Source: Thermoanaerobaculia bacterium
Lineage (GTDB): Bacteria > Acidobacteriota > Thermoanaerobaculia > UBA5066
Length of the DNA: 64,000 nt
Direction of reading: 5' to 3'
NCBI GenBank assembly: GCA_038245905.1
Contig: JBBRRY010000006.1
Coordinates: forward strand, 64,425-128,424
In this document: one piece after another, positions 48,872 to 58,592 of the stretch
Position numbering within the stretch: the stretch's first letter is position 1
Layout: each line of letters starts with the position of its first letter
Position numbers and translations under genes: made by a program
Notes under the pieces: model-generated
What the model was told of the DNA's origin: nothing
Databases searched by the model: none
The model's input: the letters and a program-made list of their open reading frames with translations, nothing else

Positions 48872-50785
48872 TCAGGCCTTCCGCGTCGACGTGGCGAATC
48901 CGACGATCCAGCCTGCGAGCGCCACGAACAGCCAGAAGAAGACGCCGGGCATTCCGGCGGCGAGCGTCGGCCGCGGGAGTGTCGCGAGCGCATCGCGCAG
49001 GATGAACGAGAGAAGCCCGAACGCGAAGAGACCGAAGGCGGCCACTGCCGGCAGGAGGCGCGAATCGAGAAATGCGGCCGAGCCCGGAAGCACGACATTC
49101 AGGACGAGCCGCATGCGCTCTTCGAACGTCTTGCGCCGCCTGACGTCTTCGAGCTTGTGGAGCTTCGTCTCGATCGCGACGCCGTCCTTCTTGAGATACA
49201 CGTGGACGCACTGCGAGCACAGGAGGGCGCTCTCCCCCGGCGGTTTGCAGAGACGGCAGAAGGCCCGGCCGCACTTCTGGCATTCGGACGCATAGCCACG
49301 GCCCTGCTGGCGCGCCCGGTCCAGAAAGAAGGCCGCGCCGATCGCGGCGAAGACCGCCCAGAAAAGGGGAATGCCGAAATCACCCGGTGCGGAGCCCTTC
49401 GGGAGGCGCGGGATGCCGAGTCCGTCGCCGAGCCGGTAGCCGCGGTGGTGGCCCAGGAGGCGCCTGGTCCGGTTGTCCCGCTCCATGCGCTCGATCTTCG
49501 CGCGCGCCTCCTCCGGCGTGTAGCCAAGCGACACGACTTTCACGAGCGTGGGCGTCTCCTGAAAACTCTGAACCGCCCGCGCGTCGAGGGCCCGTGCCTC
49601 CTGAAGGGTCTGTGCGGCTTCGATGGTCCGGAACGTCTCGGCATACAGAAGAGCGAGGTTGTAACGGGCCGCGATGCTCCGTCCGTCGCGCTTCAGGGCC
49701 TCCTGGTAGTCCTCCTGCGCGGAGCCCAGGTCGCCGTCCACGAACCGGATGTTCCCGCGGTTCACGAGGCACCGGATGTCGCGCGGAGCGACGTGCGAGC
49801 CCACCGTGTACTCGGCGATCGCACGGTCGTTCTGACCCAGAGACTGGTAAAGGCGCCCGAGCAGAAACCGGATGTCCACGTCGTCGGGCACGATGTTCTT
49901 GGCGGCCTCCAGGTTGTCGAGGACGCGCTGGTCATAGCGGGACTCCTCGAGCGCCTCGGCGGCGCGGAGAATAGGCGACGACGTGATCGCGAGGTCGTAG
50001 GCAACCCGGTCCAGCGCCGGCAGAAGCAGGATCGCGAGCGCGAGGGCGAGACTGGTCGCGAGCTTCTGCTCCAGGCTCGCGTAGCCGAAGAGAAGAACGA
50101 ACAGGTACAGGGCGAGCCAGAGCACGTCGAGAGAAAGCAGAACGGGCGCGATGAGAAATGCCGCGACCGCGAGCCCGGACACGCGCCCGCGCAGAAGCGC
50201 ATCGGCCAGCTCTCTCAGGTCGTGAACGAGCCGAGGCCCATGCCGCACCAGAAGCACGAGAATGGCGGCGAAGGCGGCGGCGCAAGCCGTGAGAAGGAAG
50301 ATCAGGACGAGGCGCACGAGCACGACGCGGCGCGACTCGCTGTCGGCGAAGGTCGCGCGGAGCGCTCCGAGAAGGTCCGGAACGAGATCCCCCCATGCAC
50401 GCGATGAAACCGCGAGGGACAGGCGCGCCCAGCGCGGATCGGGAAGATCGGGATCGAGGCGCATCGCGGCGGTGAACGCCTCGCGCGCGATCTCGCTCTT
50501 CCCGGCGGCCAGCTCGCGGCGTCCGAGAAGCGTCGCAGAGAGAGAGAGATCCGTCATCCGCCGGATCTCGATTTTCTGGGCGTGCTTCAGAATCTCGTCG
50601 ATCTTGGAGCGTGCCCGGGCGGCATCTCCCTCTTCCAAAGCGCCGAGCCACGCGAACCAGTGGCCGCGCACGAGCTTTCGAAACGCGGTCTCGCTGGATT
50701 CGCCCGGTGCAACGAGCACCTGCGCGCCCGCCGGAACCGCCGAAAAGAGGGCGGCGAGAAGAACGAGCAGCGACGCGGGCGCCAA
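48872..50785 (-). CDS. Membrane-anchored TPR protein with zinc-finger and several TM segments
   Basis: Signal peptide, TPR repeats (NRGN, ARYNLA), CQKCGRAFCRLC..CSQC. Confidence 0.78.
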   Translation of the reverse strand: MAPASLLVLLAALFSAVPAGAQVLVAPGESSETAFRKLVRGHWFAWLGALEEGDAARARSKIDEILKHAQKIEIRRMTDLSLSATLLGRRELAAGKSEIAREAFTAAMRLDPDLPDPRWARLSLAVSSRAWGDLVPDLLGALRATFADSESRRVVLVRLVLIFLLTACAAAFAAILVLLVRHGPRLVHDLRELADALLRGRVSGLAVAAFLIAPVLLSLDVLWLALYLFVLLFGYASLEQKLATSLALALAILLLPALDRVAYDLAITSSPILRAAEALEESRYDQRVLDNLEAAKNIVPDDVDIRFLLGRLYQSLGQNDRAIAEYTVGSHVAPRDIRCLVNRGNIRFVDGDLGSAQEDYQEALKRDGRSIAARYNLALLYAETFRTIEAAQTLQEARALDARAVQSFQETPTLVKVVSLGYTPEEARAKIERMERDNRTRRLLGHHRGYRLGDGLGIPRLPKGSAPGDFGIPLFWAVFAAIGAAFFLDRARQQGRGYASECQKCGRAFCRLCKPPGESALLCSQCVHVYLKKDGVAIETKLHKLEDVRRRKTFEERMRLVLNVVLPGSAAFLDSRLLPAVAAFGLFAFGLLSFILRDALATLPRPTLAAGMPGVFFWLFVALAGWIVGFATSTRKA

Positions 50786-50835
50786 CCGGCGCCCTTCCGT
50801 GCGGCGCCCGGCCGGCGGAGAAGTTCCGGAGATCC

Positions 50836-51288
50836 TCAGCCGCGCCTCGCGACGGGAGGCGGCATGGGAGGCTTCGGTTTCGCGGCGCCCGCGAGCCGGG
50901 TGAACGCGAGCTGGAGCTCCCCGAGGAGCCCCTCTATCGCGTCGGTTTCCTCGAACGAAAGGAGCCCGCGCGTCTTCTCCCGGAGCGAGAGGAGGGAATC
51001 GACGATCTGCCGCGCCCCCGCGAGATCCACCTGGCGGCGGCCGGTCGCGGGGTCCGGGAATCCCTCCATGTAGAGGGCCGCCGTCTGCGCGAGCATGTCG
51101 AGAAGGCGAAGGAACGCCGGGCTGGTCGCCGGCGCCGGCTCGGCGGGGGCGACCTCCGGCGCAGCAGCCGCCGGCTCCGGCTGGGGATCGGGCGCGGCGA
51201 GCTCGGCCTGCGATTCCTCTCGCACGTCGCCCTCGGCCGTGAAGAGGCGGCGATCCACAACCTTTATTGGCCTGTCATTTTCGGACAT
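50836..51288 (-). CDS. DUF1844-like protein
   Basis: KVVDRR.F N-terminus; P.TG..DL..ARQ.VD.L..L.EKT.G motif. Confidence 0.8.
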   Translation of the reverse strand: MSENDRPIKVVDRRLFTAEGDVREESQAELAAPDPQPEPAAAAPEVAPAEPAPATSPAFLRLLDMLAQTAALYMEGFPDPATGRRQVDLAGARQIVDSLLSLREKTRGLLSFEETDAIEGLLGELQLAFTRLAGAAKPKPPMPPPVARRG

Positions 51289-51338
51289 GAATACCCTCGG
51301 TTCAGCGTATTTTACGTAAACGCCGGGAGGTTGCTCGT

Positions 51339-52139
51339 ATGGGAGTTTCGGACGCCGTGGGGGCCCTCGTCGCGCTCATGGAGAGGCTCCGGAAGGAATG
51401 CCCCTGGGACCGCAAACAGACAGCCCGCGACCTCTCCGGATACCTACTCGAAGAATGCTACGAGGTGCTCGACGCCCTTTCCCGCGAGGACTGGAAGGAG
51501 CTCGAGGGAGAGCTGGGAGACCTCCTCTTCCAGATCGTCTTCCTCGCCCGGCTCGGAGAAGAGCGTGGAGCCTTCGACTTCGAAAGCGTGGCGCGGCGTA
51601 TTCACGACAAGATGGTGGCGCGCCACCCTCACGTCTTCGGTGACGCCGCGGTGCGCGACGCCGACGGCGTTCGCGTGCAATGGGAGGAGCTCAAGCGCAA
51701 GGAACGGGAGAAGGAGGGGCGCCCCCCCTCGCCCTTCGACGGCGTCCCGCGGGCCCTTCCCGCCCTCCTCAAGGCCGTGCGCCTGACCTCGCGCGCGGCG
51801 GACCTCGGGTTCGACTGGGAGCGCGACGCGGACGTCCTCGTCAAGCTCGACGAGGAGGTCGCCGAATTCAAAGCCGAGCTGTCGGCGCCGGGCGGCGAGC
51901 GAAAAGAGCGCGTGGCCGGCGAGATCGGCGACCTCCTGTTCACCGTCGTCAACGTCGCCCGCCGCCACGGCGTGGATCCGGAGGCCGCGCTCCAGTCCAC
52001 GAACGAAAAGTTTCTCCGGCGGTTCGAGGAGGTCGCGCGGCGCCTGCGCGCCGCGGACAAAGAGGTCAAGCAGGCTTCCCTCGCGGAACTGGACGCATTG
52101 TGGAATGCGGTGAAAGAGAAAGAGAGAGAGATTTCTTAG
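51339..52139 (+). CDS. mazG: Nucleoside triphosphate pyrophosphohydrolase MazG
   Basis: LR.ECPWD.KQT, EE.YE, ELGDLL, RHPHVF, GFDW, EIGDLLF, KF.RRF. Confidence 0.96.
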   Translation: MGVSDAVGALVALMERLRKECPWDRKQTARDLSGYLLEECYEVLDALSREDWKELEGELGDLLFQIVFLARLGEERGAFDFESVARRIHDKMVARHPHVFGDAAVRDADGVRVQWEELKRKEREKEGRPPSPFDGVPRALPALLKAVRLTSRAADLGFDWERDADVLVKLDEEVAEFKAELSAPGGERKERVAGEIGDLLFTVVNVARRHGVDPEAALQSTNEKFLRRFEEVARRLRAADKEVKQASLAELDALWNAVKEKEREIS

Positions 52140-52174
52140 AAGGGTAAGAGGGGAAGGCGCGATTACGCAGCAGA

Positions 52175-53101
52175 CTACGGAACCAGCTCCGAGACTCTCA
52201 CGAGCCTCGGTCCCTCTTTTCCGAGCAAACCGATCTTCTCCGAGAGGAAGGCGAGCGTTTCCTTGCGCGGGTGGGCGATGACGATGGCCTGACCCCGCTT
52301 CCTCGCGAGCGCGATTCCCTTCTCCCACGCGGCTTCGAGCGCACCCGGCGCGCCGCCCGGATCCGCGGACTCGGTCGCCGCGTCGTCGAGGAAAACGTCG
52401 CGGGCCAGGAACGGGACGCCGAGCTTCCCTGCTTCCGCCCCGGCGACGGACGCCGGCGTCGTTCTCGAGTCGAGAAAGAAGAGCCCCTTCTCCTTCACGA
52501 CCCCGAGGACGCCGCGGACGACGCGCGCGTCCACCATCGCTTTCGATCCCTGGTGGTTGTTGATCCCGAGCGCACCGGGGAATCGTGCGAGTGCGGCGAG
52601 AACGCCTGTTCGAATCGCCGCGTCGTCATCCTTCGGCCCGAGTGAGTCCTTCTCGGCGCGACCGGCCTCGGGGTCCATCGGCAAATGGACGAGGAGGTCC
52701 CAGCCCTTCTCCCGGGCGAGCTTCGCCACCTCCACGCCGTGCGGGGAGTTCGGAATGACGGCGACGGCGAGAGGACCCTCCAGCGTGGCGAGACGTGTCC
52801 GGGGCGGGGGATCGAAACCGACGTCGTCGATGACGAGTGCGAGGACTCCCCCCGGACCGCGGTCCACGGGCTCGAAATCGGAGGGCAGCGTCGGAATCGG
52901 TCGCACGGCCGCCGGAGGGGCCTGCCTGGCCGTGGGGGCCGTCGGCGCGGAATGGGGAGTCGAAGCGGGCGGCTCGGGACGACGCGCGCAGCCGCGGACC
53001 AGGAACGTCGCGCCGGCACCAAATCCGACTCCGAGGACGACGAGGAGGGCTCCATTGAAGCGTCCGCCACCCCCGCCGGACCCCGCCTTCCGCCGCGTCA
53101 C
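52175..53101 (-). CDS. Divergent polysaccharide deacetylase (YibQ-like)
   Basis: LVIDDVG, VHLPMDP, GINNHQGS, FFLDSRT, RDVFLD, IAHP; GTGA overlap with upstream gene. Confidence 0.88.
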   Translation of the reverse strand: MTRRKAGSGGGGGRFNGALLVVLGVGFGAGATFLVRGCARRPEPPASTPHSAPTAPTARQAPPAAVRPIPTLPSDFEPVDRGPGGVLALVIDDVGFDPPPRTRLATLEGPLAVAVIPNSPHGVEVAKLAREKGWDLLVHLPMDPEAGRAEKDSLGPKDDDAAIRTGVLAALARFPGALGINNHQGSKAMVDARVVRGVLGVVKEKGLFFLDSRTTPASVAGAEAGKLGVPFLARDVFLDDAATESADPGGAPGALEAAWEKGIALARKRGQAIVIAHPRKETLAFLSEKIGLLGKEGPRLVRVSELVP

Positions 53102-54417
53102 GCGGCTGCTTTGGCCCGCACAGTGGTCTCCGCCAGCACCTTGAGTCCGCGCTGGAGGATCGCATCTAGGTGACCCACGGCCTCGTCCGGAGGCCCGTGG
53201 AAGACCCGGTCGTCCGGCTGCAGGCCCTTGGGGCACAGCGCCTTTCCGACGGCAGTTCGGATCTTCCCGACGGAGAGCCTGAGCGAACCGCCGCTCGAGA
53301 GCTTCACGACCTGGGCCGTGAAGCCCATGCCGACCGTTGGCTCTCCGACGATGCGCACGGCGAGCTTCAGCTTGTCGACGTCCTTCGTGGCCTCGGCACC
53401 GGGATCGAAGGCCTCCTGGAGGTCGGAATCCTCCGCGCCCGGCTTGCTCTTGTCGATCGCCACGACCTTCGCGCCGGCAGCACGGGTGCCGGCATCCCGC
53501 ACGGCGGAGGCAAAGAGCTCGGCGGCCCCGGCCGTCCCGCTGTCCACGAGGAGAACGAGGCGGCTCTCGTGCACGCGCTCGCCGGGCTGGGAATGAAATG
53601 TCTTCGTCTCGATCCGGCGGCCCGATAATTCGCCGAGAGGGCCGGCCGGCACGAAGAGAGCCGCCGCGCGCGCCGCCTCGTCGAACGACCCCATCGCATT
53701 GCTGCGGAGGTCGAGCAGGAGCGGCCGAGTGGGATCGAGCGGCTTCAGGATCTCCTTCAGGGCGGCGGCCGTGCCGGACGTGAACGAGGGAATGTGAATC
53801 ACCGTCTCGCCGTCCACGCGCTCGGCCGAAGGCGCGGCCGGCGCCCAGCTGGCCCGCACGATGTCGAAGGTGCGGTGGCGAGGCTTCCCTTCCCTCACGA
53901 CCGCGAGGCGCACGCGGCCTCCGGCCTTTCCCGACAGTCGGGACTCGAGCTCCCACAGCGCCATGTTCCGTGTGAGCTGTCCGTCGACCTTCTCGATGAC
54001 GTCGTCGCTTTTGACGCCGGCCGACGCCGCCGGGCTGCCCGCGATGGCGGCCACGACGACGGGGAAGCCAAAGCGCCGAGCGAGGACGATTCCCGTCTCG
54101 AGGATTTCTTTCTTCTCCTTCGCGGCCTCGTACGCGGCGAACGCCGGCATTCTATCTGGAGGAATGTATTCGGAAAACGGATCCATCGCTTCGGTCATGC
54201 CCGAGAACGATCCGGCGAGAAGCGGCTTCAATTCCGTCGACTCGACGTAGTTCGAACGGACGAGTCCGAGAACCTCCGTGAAGAGACCGAGCGGGCGGTA
54301 GAGAGCTTCCTTGCCATCCTTGTCCTTTTCGTCGGCGCCCAGGCCGGGCAGGACCACGAAGAGGGCCAGGAGAAGAGAGGCGGACGCGGCGACGAAAAGG
54401 GCGCGGGTCTTGCTCAC
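53098..54417 (-). CDS. S41/CtpA-like PDZ protein, apparently catalytically degenerate
   Basis: Y..L.LF.EVL.LV..NYV, DPFSEY, PDZ GSPA..AG, DLRSN; but TAGAAE and GEPTVGMG replace SASASE and GxxTxGKG. Confidence 0.85.
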   Translation of the reverse strand: MSKTRALFVAASASLLLALFVVLPGLGADEKDKDGKEALYRPLGLFTEVLGLVRSNYVESTELKPLLAGSFSGMTEAMDPFSEYIPPDRMPAFAAYEAAKEKKEILETGIVLARRFGFPVVVAAIAGSPAASAGVKSDDVIEKVDGQLTRNMALWELESRLSGKAGGRVRLAVVREGKPRHRTFDIVRASWAPAAPSAERVDGETVIHIPSFTSGTAAALKEILKPLDPTRPLLLDLRSNAMGSFDEAARAAALFVPAGPLGELSGRRIETKTFHSQPGERVHESRLVLLVDSGTAGAAELFASAVRDAGTRAAGAKVVAIDKSKPGAEDSDLQEAFDPGAEATKDVDKLKLAVRIVGEPTVGMGFTAQVVKLSSGGSLRLSVGKIRTAVGKALCPKGLQPDDRVFHGPPDEAVGHLDAILQRGLKVLAETTVRAKAAA

Positions 54418-54439
54418 GCCGGGAATGATACGCGGGCCC

Positions 54440-55657
54440 TCAGCGAAGCCATAACGACGGATCCACAGACGCCCGCGCGTCCCGAATCTCGAAATAGAGA
54501 CCCGCCACCTCGTCCTCGGGCGACTCGCCCAGGGTCCCGACCCGGTCGCCGATCGCGACTCGCTCGCCGCGGGCGGCCGTCCCGGTCGCGAGCCGGCCGT
54601 AGAGCGTGAAGACGCCGTCGCCGTGATCCACGACGACGAGGTTTCCATAGCCCTTGAGCCACTGGGCGTACACCACGTCTCCGGAGAAGATCGCGCGCAC
54701 GGGAGTCCCGGGCGGCGCGTCGAGCGTCCAGCCCGACGAGCGCAGGAACGTCTTCGGGAACTTCGGATTCGCGATGCGGCCGAACGGTACCGCAACCCGG
54801 CCCTTGAGCGGCCAATCCAGCGCCCCGCGATACTTGCGGATCGACGCCGCTCCGGGCGCCAGAGCACGCCCCTTCCCCTCGAGGAGCTCGAGGAGCGCTC
54901 CGAGGCGTTCGGACTTGTCCTCGAGCCTCGTCACCTGCTGCTTCTCGACATGGGCGGTCGCCTCGAGCTGTGCGAGGAGGACGGCCTTCCGGGAACGCGC
55001 CGCGAGGAGGGCCGTCTCCTTCTTGCGGCTTTCGGCCGTGAGCGCCGCGAGCTCCTTCCGCCGGTCGGAAAGGTCCTGCTCGCGGCCCCCCAGTGTGGTC
55101 ACCGCCGTCTCGTAACGCTCGAGGAGTGCCGCGTCCCGGCCGGCGAGATGCGACAGGACGCGAAGGCCCGCGAGAAACGACTGCCCCGAGTCCGCCGCGG
55201 CGAGCGGCCGGAGATACCCGAGCCGTCCCATCCGGTAGAGGGCGGAGAGGCGGACCGCGAGGTCCTCCCGGAGGCTCACGACCTCCTTCTGCGCGACATC
55301 TCGTTCAGACGACGCGCGCGCGGCCTCGCGCTCGGTTTCGGCCTTCTTGAGCTCGAGCACGCGCCGTTCGGCCGTCTGGATCTGAATGTCGAGATCGGCC
55401 GACTCGAGCTGCGCCTTGAGATCCGCTTCGCGCCGGGAGGATGCGTCGAGGCGTCCCCGGAGGCTCGCAATTCGGCGCCGGAGCTCCTGAAGCTCCGCCT
55501 TGCGCTCGGCGACGCCGAGAGAAGCCGCGGGCCTCTCGGGCATGGGCGTCGCAACGTCGACGGCGGCCGCCGGCGGGGCCTCGGGAACCGCCGGTTCCTG
55601 CGCCCGGACGCCCGCGGCGACGAGGAGGACCGCCGAAAGCGCCGGGAGTCTCTTCAG
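54440..55657 (-). CDS. envC: EnvC-like murein hydrolase activator (coiled coil + degenerate M23)
   Basis: Signal (M)KRLPALSAVLL..VRA with CTG overlapping the upstream TGA; long coiled coil; L.WPL.G, GYGN.VVVDHG, LYFEIR. Confidence 0.85.
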   Translation of the reverse strand: MKRLPALSAVLLVAAGVRAQEPAVPEAPPAAAVDVATPMPERPAASLGVAERKAELQELRRRIASLRGRLDASSRREADLKAQLESADLDIQIQTAERRVLELKKAETEREAARASSERDVAQKEVVSLREDLAVRLSALYRMGRLGYLRPLAAADSGQSFLAGLRVLSHLAGRDAALLERYETAVTTLGGREQDLSDRRKELAALTAESRKKETALLAARSRKAVLLAQLEATAHVEKQQVTRLEDKSERLGALLELLEGKGRALAPGAASIRKYRGALDWPLKGRVAVPFGRIANPKFPKTFLRSSGWTLDAPPGTPVRAIFSGDVVYAQWLKGYGNLVVVDHGDGVFTLYGRLATGTAARGERVAIGDRVGTLGESPEDEVAGLYFEIRDARASVDPSLWLR

Positions 55658-57813
55658 AAGAGCGGCACCCCGTCGAGCTTCGCGGGCGGCGCCACGCCGA
55701 GCACGTTGTAGATCGTGGCCGGCACGTCCGCGATGCCCGGCAGCCGGCCCTTCGGAAGAGGCCGGTTCGCGAAGAGGATGCCAGGCACGAGCGCCGGATC
55801 CAGGGAGCAATGGTCCCCGGACCAGACCTGCGCGTTGTCCTCGAACATCTCCTTCGTCACGACGCCGAGACTCCCCTGCCAGCCGATCCGGTAACCCGCC
55901 GTGTTCGTGACGAAGAGGTCCGGGATGACGTCCGCGTCGAAGGAGCCGTAGGCCTCCTCGCGCGTGAAAATGCGCGACACGGCGCGCTGGCCGGTCTTCG
56001 GGTCGACGAGCGTCACAAGCTTCCTCTTGATCTCCTCACGCACGGCCTCGTACTCCGCGCCAGGCGAGACGCTTCCCTTCCCCTCGCGCCCCTTGAGGTT
56101 GACGTAGATGTCGCCGAGGCCCATCGCGTACGCCTTCGTCTTCGACCAGTCCACGTTCGGCCAGAATTCGCCCTGCCCGAACAGCATCTCGAGATCGGCC
56201 TGCTTGCCCGAGCCGCCCGTCAGCGTCATGAAGCCGTTCTCGACGAGCCACGTGTTGTAGTTCACGGACCGCCGCCAGGTGGCGAAGCCGTGGTCCGAGA
56301 GGACGATGAGGATGTCGCCCTCCTCGAGCTTCTTCATCGCATCGCCCACGATCGCATCCATCTGGGCGTAGGTCCTGTCCACGGCCGGGGCCCATTTCGC
56401 GGCCTTCGCCGCGTCGTAGGCGGGATGCCCGGGATCGAGGAAGCGCCAGAAGCAATGCGCGACCCGGTCGGGAAATTCGTAGATCTGGACGAAGAGCCGG
56501 ACCTCCCGGTCGTCCAGGAAGTCGTTCATCATCTTCCGGAATGGCTCGATCGTGTGATCGACGTCCTCGAGGAACGCCTTCTCGTCGATCGTCTCCTCGC
56601 TCATCGACCACGTGTCGATCTGCCACCCCATCGTCTTGTAGAGGCCGTAACGATCCGCCAGCTTCTTCGCAAGGCCGCCGGGCGCGGTGATCTTCACGGA
56701 TGGCGGAAGGTCCGACGGGTTGAAGTGGATCGGGGAGAGGTAGAGTTTGACCTCCGGCGACGTCGCGACGAGGTGGAACCGGCCGATGCCCGTCATCTTC
56801 ACGAGGGAGTTGAACGGGAACGTGAAAACGACCCACGGACTCCACTCTCCCGGTTTCAGCGTGACGGGCGCGGACCCCTTCGGCGCGACCAGAAGGCTTC
56901 CGCCGTCGGCGGCGAGCGTCAGCGTCATCGGGATCTTGATGACGGGCGGCTCCTTGAAGAGCTTGTTGTAGGGCCCGAAGACCTCCGTCTCGATCGTGCC
57001 CTTGTTGGATTCCAGGCGGACGAGCTCGACGGAAAACTCGTTCTTGTTCTTCGGGGCGAAGAACGGATCCGACGTGTAATAGCTTGGCGTGCCGACGCGT
57101 CCGCGCACGTCCGTGACGCCGAGGCCGGAGACGAGCCGGCCGTGGTCGTAATCGACGGCGGGAAATGTGACGGGCACATGCATCACGACGGACGCGATCC
57201 CCTTGCGGCCCGCCTCTTCCCAGAACGGCGTCCCGCGGCGGTTGTTGATCGGCCAGGGAATTTCGGTCGGCAGGAGAGAAGAGATTCGGATTCCTAGAAA
57301 GGTGAAGAGTGCGCCGGCCACGAGCGCGGCAGCAAGGATTCCTGTGCCAAAACCGCGCTCGCGCCTTCTAAGCAGAATCTTCGACAGCAGTCCGACGAGC
57401 GCAAAGGCCAGCAGCCCCAGCACCGCCGGTATTGCAACCTGATTCATCTTTCCGAACAGAAAATTCTTCTTCCCCTCCTCCGCGATCGCGAACTCGGGAC
57501 GGTAGGTCTTCGGGTTTCTCTTCAGGAAGTCGAAGATCATCGTTCGGCCGGGAGAGAGACCGGTCGAGAACGTGGACCAGGACACCGGCGTCTGGGCGGG
57601 GATCGTCGGCGTCAACCCCGTGAAGCCGCCCTTCTTCGCGAGGGCCGCGAGGTTGGGCAAGCGCCCTTCGGCGATGCCTTTTTCGACGAGGGCGTGGTCC
57701 GCGCCGTCGAACCCGAGGACGATGACCCTGGGGGGAACCGCCGCGTCCGCGATAGAGGCGGCGAGGAGAGCGAAAAAGAGAACCGGCCATGACCGCGAAC
57801 GACTGAACGGCAT
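55654..57813 (-). CDS. Alkaline-phosphatase-superfamily phosphodiesterase/nucleotide pyrophosphatase
   Basis: VLGFDGAD, LPNL, QTPVSWSTF.TG nucleophile region, DRVAH, VLSDHGF, SGDH. Confidence 0.88.
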   Translation of the reverse strand: MPFSRSRSWPVLFFALLAASIADAAVPPRVIVLGFDGADHALVEKGIAEGRLPNLAALAKKGGFTGLTPTIPAQTPVSWSTFSTGLSPGRTMIFDFLKRNPKTYRPEFAIAEEGKKNFLFGKMNQVAIPAVLGLLAFALVGLLSKILLRRRERGFGTGILAAALVAGALFTFLGIRISSLLPTEIPWPINNRRGTPFWEEAGRKGIASVVMHVPVTFPAVDYDHGRLVSGLGVTDVRGRVGTPSYYTSDPFFAPKNKNEFSVELVRLESNKGTIETEVFGPYNKLFKEPPVIKIPMTLTLAADGGSLLVAPKGSAPVTLKPGEWSPWVVFTFPFNSLVKMTGIGRFHLVATSPEVKLYLSPIHFNPSDLPPSVKITAPGGLAKKLADRYGLYKTMGWQIDTWSMSEETIDEKAFLEDVDHTIEPFRKMMNDFLDDREVRLFVQIYEFPDRVAHCFWRFLDPGHPAYDAAKAAKWAPAVDRTYAQMDAIVGDAMKKLEEGDILIVLSDHGFATWRRSVNYNTWLVENGFMTLTGGSGKQADLEMLFGQGEFWPNVDWSKTKAYAMGLGDIYVNLKGREGKGSVSPGAEYEAVREEIKRKLVTLVDPKTGQRAVSRIFTREEAYGSFDADVIPDLFVTNTAGYRIGWQGSLGVVTKEMFEDNAQVWSGDHCSLDPALVPGILFANRPLPKGRLPGIADVPATIYNVLGVAPPAKLDGVPLF

Positions 57814-57859
57814 GCGGCATTCTAGGGGGAATATCGCTCCGCCATCCGGCGAATCGTGT

Positions 57860-58030
57860 TCACGTTGCGGAGGTAAGTCGGCTGGCCGTGCGAACGAAGA
57901 CTGGCACTTCGAAGCCGAGAGCTTTCTCCAGCGCCGCCGCGATCTTCGCGTCCAGGCCCCTCACACCCTTCGCAGAAAATACGACGTTTCCGCTGGCCAG
58001 AAACGTCTCGGTGTCCGCGCCCCCTCGGCG
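57860..58030 (-). pseudogene. DUF1697-like gene remnant
   Basis: TETFLASGNVVF..IAAALEKALGFEVPVFVRT resembles the DUF1697 core but lacks the RGINVGG start and the C-terminal half. Confidence 0.6.
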
Positions 58031-58038
58031 GGGAAGGC

Positions 58039-58530
58039 CTACGAGGTCTTGGGCGGTGCGGGGTCGCGGTCGCCCGTGTCGAAGACGACCTTCCAGGAAC
58101 CGTCGTCCTGCTTCTCCCAGACGGTGACGTAGTCGCCCGTCCGGATGATCTTCTTGCCGTCCTTGAGGCTCATCGCCTTGAAGCGGCCCCACGTCGTCCC
58201 GACGTTGCCGCCCTTCGAGACGTCGGCGCGCACCACGGACCACTCGAGATTGAACCCCGACGTCGCGTATTGCGGTGCCATCTGCTTGCGAATCCCGGCC
58301 TTCCCCACGGCGATGCCCGCGGGAGCGTCCGGGTGGACGCCGAACTCGGCCCAGTTCTCGACCCACGCCTCGACGCCGCGCACCTGCGCCGCCGCCGCGA
58401 AGTCGCGGTCCGCCTTGAGCAGCGCCTCGCGGTTGGCGGCGTCGTCGTCCGCGAAGGCGAGCGGCGTTCCCGCGACGGAGAGGAGCAGACCGCACACGAC
58501 GAAGCCGGCCAAGGCGAGGGGATGTCTCAT
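58039..58530 (-). CDS. Secreted NTF2/SnoaL-like (DUF4440) protein
   Basis: Signal peptide; LL.ADR.FA, L.W....ADVS..G..G.TWG, G.Y.TVW.KQ.DGSWKV.FD. Confidence 0.85.
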   Translation of the reverse strand: MRHPLALAGFVVCGLLLSVAGTPLAFADDDAANREALLKADRDFAAAAQVRGVEAWVENWAEFGVHPDAPAGIAVGKAGIRKQMAPQYATSGFNLEWSVVRADVSKGGNVGTTWGRFKAMSLKDGKKIIRTGDYVTVWEKQDDGSWKVVFDTGDRDPAPPKTS

Positions 58531-58592
58531 GTCCGGAGTATGTTCGCGGGAGCCAGGCGTTTCAATTCGTGCCCTGCCTCTTTGCAGCCCGA

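Noticed and set aside
54440-54800. Missing zinc ligands in the M23 domain as a novelty
   Set aside because: A degenerate LytM domain is the expected state for EnvC.
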